A DNA stretch of 64,000 nt from Chlorokybus atmophyticus. Its lineage: Eukaryota; Plantae; Mesostigma and Chlorokybus algae. This document shows positions 50,330 to 64,000 of the stretch, one piece after another. The notes under the pieces were generated by a model. That model did not search any database. It saw nothing but the letters and a program-made list of their open reading frames with translations, and was not told the DNA's origin. The stretch is from the NCBI GenBank assembly GCA_009103225.1, contig RHPI01000446.1, forward strand, positions 87,038-151,037. Direction: 5' to 3'. The position numbers and the translations under genes are program-made. The first letter of the stretch is position 1. Every line of letters begins with the position of its first letter.

Positions 50330-53300
50330 CTACCACAATCCAAGAACCTTCCACCACGCGCCACCAGCAACACCCCAGATGGTGATATTGATGATGGAGA
50401 TGATAAACCCATACTTCCACCACGTGGCAAGGTCGTTGTATCCTGCTCCATAAAAGACGGGAGCCGACCCAATGCCATAGTGCGTGAGCCCACCGTTGAG
50501 CACCGACACGAATGCCATCACGAGGGCCGCAAAGATGGGAGGCGTGCCCAATGCAACCGCCACGGAGAGAAATGCCGTGAACATCGCACCGATGTGAGCC
50601 GCACCGCTAGCAAAGAAATAGTGGGTGTAGTAGTAGAGGAGAACCAGTATAAAGAAGGAGGTTTGCCATTGCAGACCCAACCCGCCAACAAGCTGCGCGT
50701 ACGTGCAACACACAGAGAGACTATTGTTAGCAACTGTGCGTGTGAGTTTGACAGAATGTGAGACTGAGCTGGAAAACGAGTTGATGTTGGCTATACCTTA
50801 ACGACATTGGATGAGAACCAGCTGATGATGCCGTAGGAGTTGAGGTAGCCTGCCATGGCGATGAGAGCAGCGAACCATGTGAGAGTGTCCCAGGCAACTC
50901 CCTCACCAAGGCATTCCTGTCGAGCAACGCGTTGTTCAGCAGCACGATTTGGTACACACGCACATGCACGCGCACGCCCTCACTCACACCCACACCGACA
51001 TATGCGTGCATGCGTACAGACACTTGCACGCAATTGCAAACAACCAACACAACCAACACCACTACCAACAACATTGCATACCTTCCATGTGACCACGCCA
51101 GAGATGAGCAACACAGACAGTCCCAGTATAGCCGCCGTGACTGCTCCAATCCCGAAGGACGTTCCGAATATCCAGAGTCCGACAGTGAGTAGCAGCGTGG
51201 CGGTCATGATCTTCTCCTCGGACGACATGGGCCCCTTCTTCGCGAGCTCCCTCTCCGCCATCTTCGGGGCGTCGGGAGACTCCTTAATCTCGGGAGGGTA
51301 CACCTTGTAGAGGAAGTACGGGATGACGAGGAGGGAGATCAGGCCGGGAACGGAGGCAGCGACTGCCCAGTCAGTCCAGCTGATCACCTGCACGCCCACA
51401 CGCACACAACAGCCGTCATTACTGTGTCAATAACATGCTTCACAATACACACACACGCGCAACACCCACTTACACATGCAAGCACATGCAAATACGCGCG
51501 CGCGCGTGCGCAAATGACAAAACTTTGCATACATGCTGGTCATGCCCACGCATGTGTTTGGTGGTTTTGCACTAGTTTGTCCCCTCACACAACCAGACTC
51601 AATCCCCTCCTGGTGTGTGGTAATAATCAACGCTTTACCTTGCCAGTGGCACCAGCAGCGAGGTTAACGGACAGGGGGTTAGCAGCCATGCCAGTGAGGA
51701 ACATGGTGGAGCTAACCACACTTGTCTGGAACGCCGTCAGCATCAGGTAAGCTCCCAGCTTCTTCTCCGTGCCGTCTCCAACCTGCAGACGACATTAGCA
51801 GTACCACCAACATCAGCATTAACAGCATCACCATAATCACAGCAACGCAATGATTAGTCTGGCTTTGTAACACAAGATACTACACATGAACAGACATATG
51901 CACACAAGATACTACACATGAACAGACATATGCACACAAATACACATACTCATGTATACACACGCATACACGCACCCTGCTGCCGCATGCTTCGCAGAGG
52001 GACTTGACTAGTGGCAGGAAGATGCCGCCAGCTCTGGCGGAGACGGACGGGATTGCCGGCGCCAGGAAAGCCTCACTGAAGACGATGCTGTAGCTGAGAC
52101 CGAGCGTGGTCTGCATTGAATTTGAAGTCAGGTGAGAATTAGGAGCAAAGCGGACGCGTGTGAGAGCGTGCATGAGTGCGAGATTGTATGCATGGGCAAT
52201 CATGGAAGTGAGTGAGTGAGTGAGTGAAACAATGAATGCATGGGCTTTTCAATTACAATTGAATGATCGAGTGAATCAACAAGTGATTGCAAGCACGCTT
52301 GACTGAGTAAGTGAATGACTGAGTGAATGGTTGTCTGATTAACTGAATATCTGGGTAAATCAGTGATGCGAAGCAAAGGGGAATGCGCAGCTGTTGCGAC
52401 ACCCAATGCATGACTGCAAGAATGGGAGCATTGCTGCAACCGTTTTGTTCTCCTTCTCACCTTCCCGAACCACTTGACAAACATGTACGCCACCCTTTCT
52501 CCCAATCCCGTATTCGAGAACCCTTTGGCAAAGAAGAACGCGAGCGCGATGAGCCACGGGATTTCATTTCCAAATGCACTGAACGCGGCGGCGAACGTGA
52601 GCGTCTTTGTCAACACGGCCGCGCCTAGACCGAGCAGAGCCACGGCGCCCAAGGGGAGAGGAGAAGTGATGATGCCCACGATGGTGGACATGAAGATGGC
52701 GAGGAGGTGCCAGGCTTTGGGACCGACGCCCTCAGGCCGGGGGATCAACCACCTGAAGGAGATGATGAGTATATGCAGTATGCACGCGCACCAGCACAAG
52801 TACAAGTACACCCACAAGTGCATAAGCACTACGTGTGTGTGCTGTGCTTGTGCACACAGAGTACGCACATAGACACACAAGCACCACACGCGCAATTGCA
52901 TATGTGTACTTGCACGCATGTGTGTGTGCATTTGCGTGTGCACGGACACACATACACATAAACACGCGCACACAAGCGGCAATTGCCAGGGCGCACACAG
53001 ACAGACCCATGCATGGCCTTACATGACGACACCGACAGCGATGGAGATGAGCAAGGGCTTGATTTTGGCTCCACGATAGGGTTTCGGGGGTTTGGGTTCG
53101 GGGGGCGGGGCAGTTTGGGGAGTGGTGGCGGGAGTGGAGGATGCCGACGCCTTCAAGGACCTCCTGGCCTTGCCAATGCTGGTGGTACGCAATGGCGACA
53201 CGTGACTGCTGCTGCCCCATGCCTCCGCCGCCGCCACAAGACTGTCGCCGGCAAAGCTACTCTTCTTGCCGGCAAGCGCCGCCGCCCTCAGGGAGGCAGC

Positions 53301-53426
53301 TTGCAGCTGCGGGCGGCGAGAAGACCACGCGTGCCGAGAATCTCCATGACACCTCGCAGGCACGCTCAATGAAGCCCCGGAGACCAGCGACCCCGCGGAC
53401 CCCACGGCCGCCGCCGCCGCCGCCAT
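50330..53426 (-). CDS. DiT1: Plastid 2-oxoglutarate/malate translocator (DASS family)
   Basis: Transit peptide; GAKIKPLLISIAVG, PKAWHLLAIF, APAIPSVSARAGGIFLPLVKSL, FLTGMAANPL, YPPEIKESPDAP, HYGIGSAPVFYGAGY, GGAWWKVLGLW*. Confidence 0.96.
51871..51934. repeat. Perfect 32-bp tandem duplication in a DiT1 intron
   Basis: CACAAGATACTACACATGAACAGACATATGCA occurs twice in direct succession. Confidence 0.9.
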
Positions 53427-53789
53427 TGCTGCCAAACACTTGCCGTGTTTCCGTTACGCGGCCTTACCAGAAAGTTTTTCGTAACGCAGAGTATTTCCCG
53501 CCTTCTCGGCGTGTTTCAGCCTCAAACACAGCCGTCAGCGGGTTGCGATTCAAGTACCTGTTGTATTCTATCCGTTGGCACTTACAACAGTCGAGCTGGC
53601 AGTGCCTGGCAATCTCGTCTCGCACAAGACGCACAAGCTGCACAAAGTGCTTGTGCGGGTTGCAGCTATGCAACCTACTTAGAACATTGTTGTGCACGCA
53701 CAAGACTTAATTCTTGTGCGGTAAGGCACAGAAAGGAAGCGTCATGCTTGGCCACGTTACTGGTGGCAGCGGCGGTATTGTTGGTGGCG

Positions 53790-55039
53790 ATGGCGGCGGT
53801 GCCAGGGCGCGTAGTAGCTGTGGTGAGTGCGTTGAGGCCTGCGGTGTTGTTGCCTGCGAGAGCGCCGGCCAGTGGGCCTGCTGTTCGTGCCCGGGCGGCT
53901 GCCAGGAGGGCTGTTAGGGTCAGGGTTAGAACTATGGGGGCGGCGACGTCGGCAGCAGGGGCGGCAGGAACGTCGTCATCGTCGTCGTCTTCGGCAGCTG
54001 TGTTGCCTATCAGAGCGGAAAATTACTTTGCAACGGATACGAGACCGATTGTCTTGTTTGACGGTAGGCCATCGCTGCACTCTCTTTGTGCTGAGTTAGA
54101 GAGAATCGAAGTGCATGCACGAGTTTATTGTTTGTCTGGCGCAGGTGTGTGCAATCTCTGCAATGGTGGGGTCAACTTCGTGCTGGATAACGATCCGGAA
54201 GGGTCAGTGGCAGTTTACAAGAAGTCCGCAGGTCTTGTATGTCCTGGCATGCACATGCGTGTCTGAAGTCATTCACGTGTGCATGCATACGATTTAGTCG
54301 CATGCACGTATGTTTCTTGAGTTCTGGTTGAGTGATATGTATGAGGTATGCAATGCTGTGCGCATACATGGTTGTGAATGCATACGAAGGGTGTCAGGAC
54401 ATCAGCTGAACTATAGTTTCAACATGAGCTTGCAAGGCTGTATCTTTTGTAGTCGTCTCAGTATGTACTTATGCATGTTCAACAGCAAGCTAAGGTTTGC
54501 GGCACTGCAAAGTGATGTCGGCCGCGCTCTGCTGCAGCGCTGCGGTCGCCACCCAGAAGACATATCCTCCATTGTGCTAGTCGAAGACAACAGGTCAGGA
54601 TCATGCACCCTCCGATGCAAATGTTGGGTTGAGCTACACGATCACTTGTATCACTTGTTGACACTGATTGTTGATGGTGATTTCACTTGTCCGTTATGCT
54701 TACTGGTTGTTGACTTGCTTTGCCAATCATTTGCAGATGTCACATCAAGTCTGAGGCTATCCTGCGTATAGCCTACCTTCTGAGACTACCTTTTCCACAA
54801 CTGGCGGCGGCTGCATTTCTTACGCCAGGGTAAGCACATGTTACTTGTGCTCCCTGCGTTTGGGATTGGTTGCAACTGGTTTCAAGCTTGTGTCACACAC
54901 TCTCATGCATCCTTGTGGCGACAGGTTTGTAAGGGATACCGTGTACGATACAGTTGCAACAAACAGATACAACCTCTTTGGCAAGTCAAACAGTTGCCGG
55001 TTTTCAGATGCGCGCTTTGAGGAGCGGTTTGTTGGCTAA
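53790..55039 (+). CDS. DCC-family thiol-disulfide oxidoreductase (DUF393), plastid-like transit peptide
   Basis: IVLFDGVCNLCNGGVNFVLDND (DxxCxxC), LRFAALQSDVG, KSEAILRIA, FVRDTVYDTVATNRYNLFGK. Confidence 0.93.
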
Positions 55040-55602
55040 CGCGACCAACCAGGAGCAGCCTGCATTGTAGGGTTGGAGTGTATTCATTATGTTGACTAGG
55101 TTTGTACAGGCAGGGATTGCAGCATAAATTTGTGGATATGTGATTAGCGAGGAACATTTTGTCAACTGCAGTAAGCGCACAGAAGCAAACTCACAGTTGG
55201 GTGCAGCCATTGTGCGCCGCGCATCCATCCAGTCACCTTAAACGGTGCTCAATTTGGCCATAAAGTGCATCTGCAATGCAGTATCCTCAGCACCGCACAG
55301 TATCTGACATGCCAGCATTGCTTTGGCTGGCCAAAAAAGGTCCTTGCTGTCTGTGATGTGCAGTATCTGCACAACACAGTCTATGCAGCATTGAGGTGCG
55401 TGTAGCTTGTTGTGTGTGATGCATGGTGTTGAAATGCCAGCTTACATCAGCCTTGCGCCTATCCTGTGTACATTTGAACTCGCACAATACAACTGACAAG
55501 CTGAGGCCAACCAGAGCAATATACTCATGCAGGTTGCAGTGGACAGAACGTCACTGTTCTGACCTCCTTGTGGCGATGCTTACTGATCCATGCACAAATT
55601 CG

Positions 55603-58241
55603 CTACGTGTTGTAGTCGTCCAAGCCAAGGTCACGTAATGCAGCAGATCCCACGTCCTTGCACTCAGCTGGATGGGCCCACTTGGCCCTTCTGATCAGTT
55701 GCTCAACACCAGTTTCCAGCAGAATCGGCCTGCGTGCAACACAGTTATGATACGCATGGGAACTGTATGATTGGACAGGACAGCACGCACCTGTGTGCTT
55801 CGCTCCGCACGACCAGGTTGCGTATCAACAGGCAGGCTTGTCGCAGTACCGCGGCTGACATTTCCTGCTGCTGCATGCACATGAAGACAACTGCAGCGCC
55901 GTCTGCTTCCATGACTGCTTGTGCACCTTCCGGGTTGCGCAGTGTGACTGCTGCCAGCATGGCAAACCCCTGAATACAGAGACAATACATCACAGGCAGT
56001 TCAAGTGATAGTTGATTGTGAGAAACAGCGATACATGCCTGTTCAAGGACTGCTGCGTCTCCTATGTGCCATTGCATGCACGCCAACGCCAACGGAATGC
56101 CGCCAAAGGTGGTGACAGCGCCTTTCACTGCATCACTGCCTGCCAACTGCAGAGAGTAATGCTCGCAAGACGTCAAGGCGAGATACCCGGAGAGCTTATG
56201 TCAATACTTGGCAAGAGCTATTACCTGTCGAAGCAGACCCAAGGCGTCCCTTGCCAGCAACGGTTCAGTCCTCGCCTTATCAGCTAGTAAGCCAAGCAAC
56301 TCTTCAACACCACCTGCTGAAGCAATCTCACGACAGATCTCATCCTGCAGTAAGACAAACAAAGTGAATGTCTGAGTGTTGAACAGCATTGTATTGTGAT
56401 GTGACAAGGTATGTAAACACAACTTGGTTGCGTACGTTTGCGGCAACTTTCCGCAGCGCATTGCAAATGGTGCTGATGCAGTCGGTTGAAAGCCCTTCCG
56501 AGCCTGCTCCGGTAGCTACTCGCAGCGCTGCAAGCAGCGACAATGCTGCGCCCTCCTTTGCCAGCTCCCGGGCATGCGCAAAAGCCTACTTACACTTGAA
56601 GTGAGAATTCAACCAGTTGCTCGCACCGATGTCAACGTGAGCCAAACAGTATAGGCATATTGTAACAAGTCAATGAGCAGCGGTTGGTTCTTGTACTCAA
56701 TGCACCTTTGATGCCATAGCATTCTGATCGTCGTCGCTGGTGATACCAACGATGGCGTCACAAATGCTGTGAATCAGCGGCTGAGCAGTTTCACAAGTCT
56801 TGTCTCGCTGCGTCCAAGTGTTTACAGCTGCAACAAGTGCCGGCGCCGCACCTCCATAAACAAAGTTGACTTTGTTGCCCTCGTGAGCCAGTGACAACGC
56901 CGCAATCGCGCCTGTTGTCAACACACACTAGTTGCAACCATTAAAGCCATTAAACGCGCACACGCGCAAGCACGCTTGTGTGTGCAAAGCTTTGCAGCTG
57001 CTTTCAACTTCTGCTGGGCACTGAGTCTGTTCTAGACATAGAGCACAACGCTTGCAGTGGGACACGTTACCTGCAGAGGCTGCGCGCACAGCAGGGCTGG
57101 CATGCTTCAAGCTCGTCACAACCCCTGCAGTGCCGCTGTCACGGGCACAAAATGCCTCCTTGTTGTCTGGATCGACTGCAAGTGCTCTGACTGCTGTCAG
57201 CGCCGACAGCAGCAAGTTTGCGTCCGTGCTGGGAGCTCTCGCGCAGATGTCAGCTGCAAACTGCAGAACAACAGTAACATCCAAGTGTGAAACACAACAG
57301 CGACAATGTAACGCATGTGTCAGTCGACACTGTCTGCAGCTCAGTGGCCTGCAGACACAATAAATAATATGTGATATGTGCATGGCAAAGCGCCATCATA
57401 CCTGCATGCAGCCAAGTGCTCCTGCGAGACGTGCTCCTTCAACATCCTGACTGACCAGAGCATCAGGTCATTGGCTGTCAGCGCGTTTGTGTGTACACGT
57501 CTATTCCCACACGTGAAACGCAATGCCAGGACGCACCAGGCCGCCGTCACTGTTTGGAGGCACTCTGCAAGCCCATCTGTGCTGGGCAGTGCCGAAGCTC
57601 GAGCCTGAAGAGCACGTGCAGCCACCACAGCAGGATGGTTATCTACTGCTTTGGCTCCGTCTATACTCTGAATAACACCTGTACGTGCAAGAAGGCGTTG
57701 AGTTGTCACAAACAATCATGTAAACGTCGAAGAGGTTGAGTTGAGCTACCTGTGAGGTCTGCACCCTGCAGGCGGAAGGTCTCTGCAGCCTCCGAAACAG
57801 CGGCTTCAGGATCCAGTCCAAACTCCTCTATATTCTCCTGCACTGCACAGCAAAACAACTGTTCATATGACGTTGTGTCCACTTCATAGAGCACGTGCAA
57901 GTCCAGACACTAGTTGAGACGTGCACTGCACCAAACAAGCTCCAACTTACTTTACACGCCCATAACACGCAGCAATCTATTCAAGCAGCGCATTGGGTTC
58001 TGTCAGAGCAATCAAACATGAAACACGGTAGTGGCAGCTTACTACACCAGGCAAGCTTATCACAGCATTATCAATGCCAACAGCTTGCTGCCAACGAAGC
58101 CGCTTCAATTACTCAACTGGCAAGCAAAGCGTCAACCGGCCAGCTGAGTTCAGGCAACAGAGCTTCGAACACGCATAGACACCAACCTGCAGCATCAAAC
58201 GCAGCTTGACTAACACGCAGCCGCCCTCCAGCCGCCGCCAT
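55603..58241 (-). CDS. ARMC6: Armadillo repeat-containing protein 6-like
   Basis: VSQAAFDAAVQENIEEFGLDPEAAVSEAAETFRLQGADL N-terminus; LRQACLLIRNLVVR; C-terminal CKDVGSAALRDLGLDDY*. Confidence 0.9.
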
Positions 58242-58441
58242 GCTGCCGCAGCTGGCTAACAACCTCTACACTGATCCACTGTGTCACCGGCTCGTTACCT
58301 CACTGATCCATCTGCTGCAAAACGGATCAGAGCTCACTAAGCACATTGATCGCCTGAACGCACTGGTTTGCCAAACACAGCGACCTGGAGTCCAGTGGAA
58401 CTTAGACGGTGGCGCAAACATACACGTGGCTGGCTGCGATG

Positions 58442-58542
58442 CGTCACGCGTTGTAGGCGTGTCAACAGTGCTGGCAGTAGGAAACTCCAGACCGTGACGC
58501 CGTTTGTTGACCTAGAGCGCGTGACGGGCGTGACTAGGGTTT
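58442..58542. promoter_or_regulatory. Clustered CGTGACG motifs plus telo-box in a bidirectional promoter
   Basis: CGTCACG at 58442, CGTGACG at 58493 and 58520, CGTGAC at 58529, TAGGGTTT at 58535, all between divergent genes. Confidence 0.4.
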
Positions 58543-59136
58543 TGGAGCTTAAGGAACGTTAGCACATAACGTTGTGGCGGCAGCCGTGCCGGCAGCGGCG
58601 GCGGCGGGGACGCCGGCGTTGGCGTCGGCGAGGAGCGGGGCGGTGTCGTCCGCTAGCCCAGGCAATGGGGCGCTTTGAACGACCTCTCAGCAAGGGCTTT
58701 TAAGGGCGCTGCCCAGGTGTGTCTTGAGCGGCAGCATGTGCTGCAAACCACATGAAGCGGGCCTGCGTGCGCATTGACATGTTTGGCGCAGAGAAATATA
58801 TCGTCGTTGTCTTGCTAGCAGCTTCAGATTTACTTGGCCTGCTGTCTAGTTGCCAATGGCCTTCAATGACTTAGGCTTATCTTGCAGTCCGCATGACAGT
58901 CTGCTGTACAGTCTGCTAGTTGGCCGGGTTCAGAGTTGGTCGGTGTCAATAATGTCAAGTAGAATGCAGCTCAATGGGCATTCTAGTATAAGTAAAAGTC
59001 ACGTCGCCTGTTGTCATTGGCTTTGTTGATGCTGCATGCGTCTGCTTGCAGCGCTGCCAATGCGAGATAGCTTTTAGGTTTTGCCAATGGGTGACTGGTA
59101 TTTACGCGTCATTTGTTGCTGGTTTTCCAGACCTCA

Positions 59137-62100
59137 ATGGCCTCGGCAGCCACGGCAACTATTCAGCCTCCCCCTCAGCAATCACAGGCACAACAGGCCC
59201 AAGCACAGACGCCGGCATTGGCACAAGTCCGTCAGCAGGTGCCGCAGTCTACACAGCAGGCGCCAACACAGCAGACGCCAGCTTCTTCGCAGCAACAGCA
59301 GCAACAACTACCTGTACAGCAGCAGCAGCAACCGCAGTGGGGGCAACAACAGACGCAAGTACAGCCGCAGTCTGTGTCGCAGTGGCCACAGCAGCGCAGT
59401 ACACAGCAGGCACCGCAGCAGTCGTCTTCAGCTGCACAGCAGTCAACTCAGCAGGCACGTCTGTCACAGCAGCAGTCACAACAGCCTTTGCGTACAGTTG
59501 TTCAACCCCGATCCGGGCCTCAGCAGCTGCGCCCTTCACAGCAGCAGCAGCAGCGGGTGCAGCCATCAAGGCAGCAGGTGGCAAATGTACAGCGACAGCA
59601 GCAGCAGGCATCACAACAGCAGCAGCAACAACAACAGCAGCGCCAACAACAACAGCAAAGAACTCAGCCACCCCGGCAGTTGCAGCCTTCTACTCAAACA
59701 AAGCGGCCTGCTCCACCAGCATCGCAGGCGCAGAGGCAACTGCCATCACCGCAGCAGGCGGCACAAAGGATCCAGCAAGTGCGCGCTGCGTCTCAACCAG
59801 CAGCGCAGTCCTCTCAGCAACACCAGCCAGGAAAACAACCTTTGCGGCCAAACCCACCCTTGCAGCAGGAACAACAAGGACAGCAACATGTAAGCAGCAA
59901 GCCAGCGCAGACAGCATCGCAGCAGCCACAGGGATCGCCGCAAGCGCAGCAGCAACCGGGTCAGACCCAGGGAGCTACCGCTCAACAAGCACAGCCCGCA
60001 ACCAGCTCAAATGGAACAGGCCAGCCTCAGAAAAAGATATCATGTGAAGACATACAGCTGGTACGTTTTGGATATGCAGCAACAGCAAGGCGATCAGCTT
60101 GTTTGCTGTGCACTCTTGGCACATGAGTTGGTAGCCTTGCGATGTGTTGTTTCGTTCAACTTACTGTTGCAGTATTCCTGGCAGGTGCAAAACCTTATAG
60201 AGCGATGCCTGCAGTTGTATATGAATCAGCGCGATGTAATTACTACCCTACAAGTCCAAGCCATGATTGAACCAGGGTTCACCCGCTTGAGTAAGAGCCA
60301 CTCTTGCTTTTGTGGTCGTTTGTAAAGATTGTCTCAGCAACACTGTGCACAAGCATTCCCCAATGCAGGTACAGCAGCATTGCTATGCTGACGATCCGTG
60401 TTGATTCTGGCAGTTTGGGGTAAACTCGAGGAGCAGAACCCAGACTTCTTCAAGGCTTACTACACACGCCTAAAGGTCAAAGAGCAAATCCAGCTGTTCA
60501 ACCAGTTGCTGGAACAGCATGCGCAGTCGGTGCGTAGTATGCAGCAAGGCTTCAATGGACATCCTATGCCTATGCCGGCGCAGGGGGTTCCTTACAGCCC
60601 TCATCAACCAAGTAAGCTAATGTCTTCACGGGGTGGTTGCATTGCAGCTGGATACAAGCAGCGCAGAATTGGGCAGGGTTGATACTCTGGTTGACGCAGT
60701 GGTGCCAGTCATGCACATGTACCCACACCAGCCGCAAACGCACCCGATGCAAGCGCAAGCGCTCCCTTCTCCAGCCGCAGCTCAGCAACAAACCGCAGCG
60801 CAACCATCCCAGCAACAGCAAAATACCCAGCAGGATTCAGCACGTCAAGGCGAACAGCAGCAGCAACAACAGGCAGCAAAGCCATTGCAGCCTCAACCAG
60901 CACCCGGTCATCCTGTTCCTATGATGCCATCTGATGGCGTCCCAGTATCCGGCATAATGGTGCCCATGCAGCACATGCTTCAGCATCCGATCGCCAAGTA
61001 TGTGTGCAGATGCGTTGATGCATGCTCACATTTTGGTTAGGCTATAAGCTCAGCTAAGCTTTGGTTTTGTGGTTTGCAGTGGTCACATGCCAGTGCATGT
61101 GGGCCCAATGGCTGTGCCGCAGCATGGTATCCCCTTGCACCAAGCATACATCGCTCCGCGACCCATCGCGCCTTCACAGTCTCGCCATAAGGTGCCGATC
61201 AGGGCGGCACGCAGCAGCTCTCACAAGTCCTCATCATCGATAAAAGCACAGTCAGGCATGCTGGCCAACAGACCCGTTGCAGCAGCCGCACCCGCAGCAG
61301 CGCCAGCACCTACGCCAGCCTCAACAACTGCAGCCGCGGCTTCGACCTTAGCATCTCCCTCGACCTCATCACAGGCTGACCATGTGTTCAGCAATTCCAG
61401 CACTCAGCCAACAGCCGGCAACTCTGCAGTCGAACATCAGGTTTGTATATGCTTACACTTGCAAGACCGAGTGACTAGAGTCCTTGGCTTTGTGCTTATC
61501 TGCCACAAGCTGCCATCATCATGACTTGCCGCACAGCTTGTCAGCATGACAAGCAGCTGACCAGCTTGGTTGCTATGCAGTCGCCTATGCAGTCGCCACC
61601 CGGGCAGTTACCGCTGCTATCGCCATGTGATTTGCATATTATGGATGACGATGCCACTCCCATGCAATCTGACCCCCCTGATGGGGCTATTCCCGACGGA
61701 GGTGGCCTCCTGAGCCATCTTCCACGCAACTTCAGCCTGTCAGACCTGTCGGCAGAGCTAACAGCGCAGATACAGCAAGATGGTAATGTCTGTCCACGTG
61801 TGGATGCAGCACTGCAGAGTCGTAGCTCACGTTGTGCATTGGTGAGTGTCCAACAAGGTTCAGTCATTGAGGACAGTGCTTGTGTTGGTGTGCACAGCGG
61901 AGAATTCATCATTGGGATTGTTTTTGACGGGGTCACCATCTGGATTTGAGGAGTTCCTGGCATCTCCTGAGCATCATCCGACACCGGATGAGATGGGTAA
62001 GTTGTAGCGACTGCAACAAGCAACACGTAGGTTGTGTAGATTGCCTCATAAAAACTGCAGAAGTGTACAATTGAAGTCTGTGCTGAACGCTGTGTGTACG

Positions 62101-62166
62101 CGTGCAGATACAGGGGATGTCCCCGAAGCTTTAGGTCTGGACTTTGACAGGCTAGGAAGTAGTTGA
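59137..62166 (+). CDS. Plant TIGR01589 (A_thal_3526) domain protein with long Q-rich N-terminus
   Basis: VQNLIERCLQLYMNQRDVITTLQVQAMIEPGFTRL-VWGKLEEQNPDFFKAYYTRLKVKEQIQLFNQLLEQH; C-terminal LPRNFSLSDL motif; about 300 Q/P/S-rich N-terminal residues. Confidence 0.88.
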
Positions 62167-64000
62167 CTATACAATTGTCTGTTGTATTGCCAATTGCGAT
62201 CACCTGCTGCAACAATCTGTTCTGATTGATTGATGCCGCTTATGACATAGAGAGCTAACACAGGCACGGCTAGCACACACATGTCACTCCATTAAATCTC
62301 CTTGCTCCATAGGTGCACTAACTATTGCTTGTTGAGTAATGCAGGGGTTTGTACATCATTTGTTCGGAAGTGATTATATAAGCCTTTCATGTCATGGGCC
62401 ACACACAACACTTCGTCTCACTTGATAAATCTCAGAATCTCTTGACATGAATACAATATATGAGCAAGTGTATTGTATGTTTAACATTTGCAATTGCGCG
62501 CTTCGACTACTAGTGCACACAATTTGCAATAGCACCACACCAATCAGCTCAATCTTCCTACAATTCGGATTATGTATTACTTCAATAGGATATGCACATG
62601 CCGCTTAAAACAATTATGTGGCACATGATACATCTGTTGCTTTAAGCGTGTATAAAATGATGCCTGTCATGTTAACAGGCAAGCACTTGTGCCTTAACGC
62701 ATTGCTGCCCCTCTATTGAACATTGTACTTGAAAGTGCTCATCGCAGCTTGCAACGCGAATTTTAACTTGCTTGCTACAAGGCCTACTTGGTTTTTGGGC
62801 TTTTAATCACAAACAGTATTTCAGGGGCACGATTGTACCCTGAAATGAGTGAACACCGCCCTCAATTGCGCTATGTCACGTAGGTTGTGGCATGAGATTG
62901 GAGGGTAATGGTCACCAACCCAGATGGTTAGGAAGTTTCCCATTGAATCTCCCGCTGCAATCTTATATTGAGCGCTTACATTCATAATCTACAAGAAGAC
63001 TTGCATTGAAGCACAATGTTTTTGTTGCTGCAAACACCAACTTAGCAATGCCTACAAGTATGGCGGGAGAAGGGAGGTGGAGCACCAATACTGCCTCTGC
63101 TAGCAGCGGCCCGTGTGGGGTGACAATATCCCAAGCATCTTGGCATGCCTCCTCAGTGTAGCACGGCTTGCTTTCAAAGTAAATTATGGCATCCGAAAAG
63201 CTCTTGGAGAATACAACATAACACCGCACAAAAACAGATTGCAAATATTGTGAAGGAAGTGAGATTGCGCACTACACACCGGCAGCGGGTGTCGATGCCG
63301 CCCAACGCCTCAGCGATACTGTGTACTGTATACCGTGACGCCCGCAGGTGTATTGCGGCACTCCCCATGGCAATTAGGGAACTTTCATGCCCAAAGGCCG
63401 AGGCTGCCTTCAAGGGTCCACCCCATGGCCAGACCGCAGCGCCCCGGACTGTACATGCGCAACAAGTTGTTGCTGAAAGCACGGAAGGAGGGGTGCTCGG
63501 GGCAAGAACTTAGCTAGTAAAAGTGGAGGTGTTAATTACATTGCGGCTGTGGCTCGGTGGCATGCATTATTCAAGTGAGGCCGCCAATCAGCGCCCCAAG
63601 CGCAAGGCCCTCTCCCGACTCCATCGCCGAGACAACGAGCTCTTTTAAAAGCGACATCGCGGCTGATAGCCTTTTTATTTTTAAACAAGACCCGCGGTTG
63701 GGAAAAGGTTCATAACTTGGCTCCTCAGGCTTTAATGAGCAGGATGAGTCGCCGGGCGGCATAGACACCACCTTGGACCCATCGCGGTGATGGGCCACCA
63801 CCGTGCAGACAAAGACGCAAGCGACATAAGCAACGGCGGCCGGCTCTCGCTTCAGCGGGAGCAACGCCTTACGCAATGCATTAATGCACAACTCAGGTCA
63901 GACGGCCCCGGCCAAATCCACACCATGCCCTGCTTCTCCATAGTAGGAATGGACTTTGCGCACCCCCTTGAAGACAAGCTCTTCATGCCCCCACTCTCCA

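Noticed and set aside
59046-60047. 333-aa Ala/Thr-rich ORF and other overlapping frames
   Set aside because: They are alternative frames of the CAG-rich exon; the Gln-rich frame is the one that leads towards the conserved domain.

Overview
Gene-dense eukaryotic nuclear DNA with many spliceosomal introns, most of them CA/TG-repeat-rich. The gene set (cobalamin-dependent METH, a nuclear-encoded bifunctional penicillin-binding protein, plastid SecE and DiT1, LAZ1-like, PLMT, TIGR01589 plant domain) points to a green alga, most likely a streptophyte alga (inference). About 18 protein-coding genes are present, 16 of them in eight head-to-head pairs. The standout is the methionine synthase locus (minus strand, about 9.15-18.7 kb). 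It holds two intact homocysteine-binding plus folate-binding modules but only one cap/B12-binding and one AdoMet-reactivation domain. The modules are joined in frame through a 57-nt linker exon whose splice phases I checked by hand. The gene probably begins with a very hydrophobic first exon. Its putative first intron holds a perfect 35-bp hairpin, and a TA-flanked MITE-like element lies in its bidirectional promoter. Exon boundaries were read by eye, nothing was searched against databases, and several 5' ends are uncertain.
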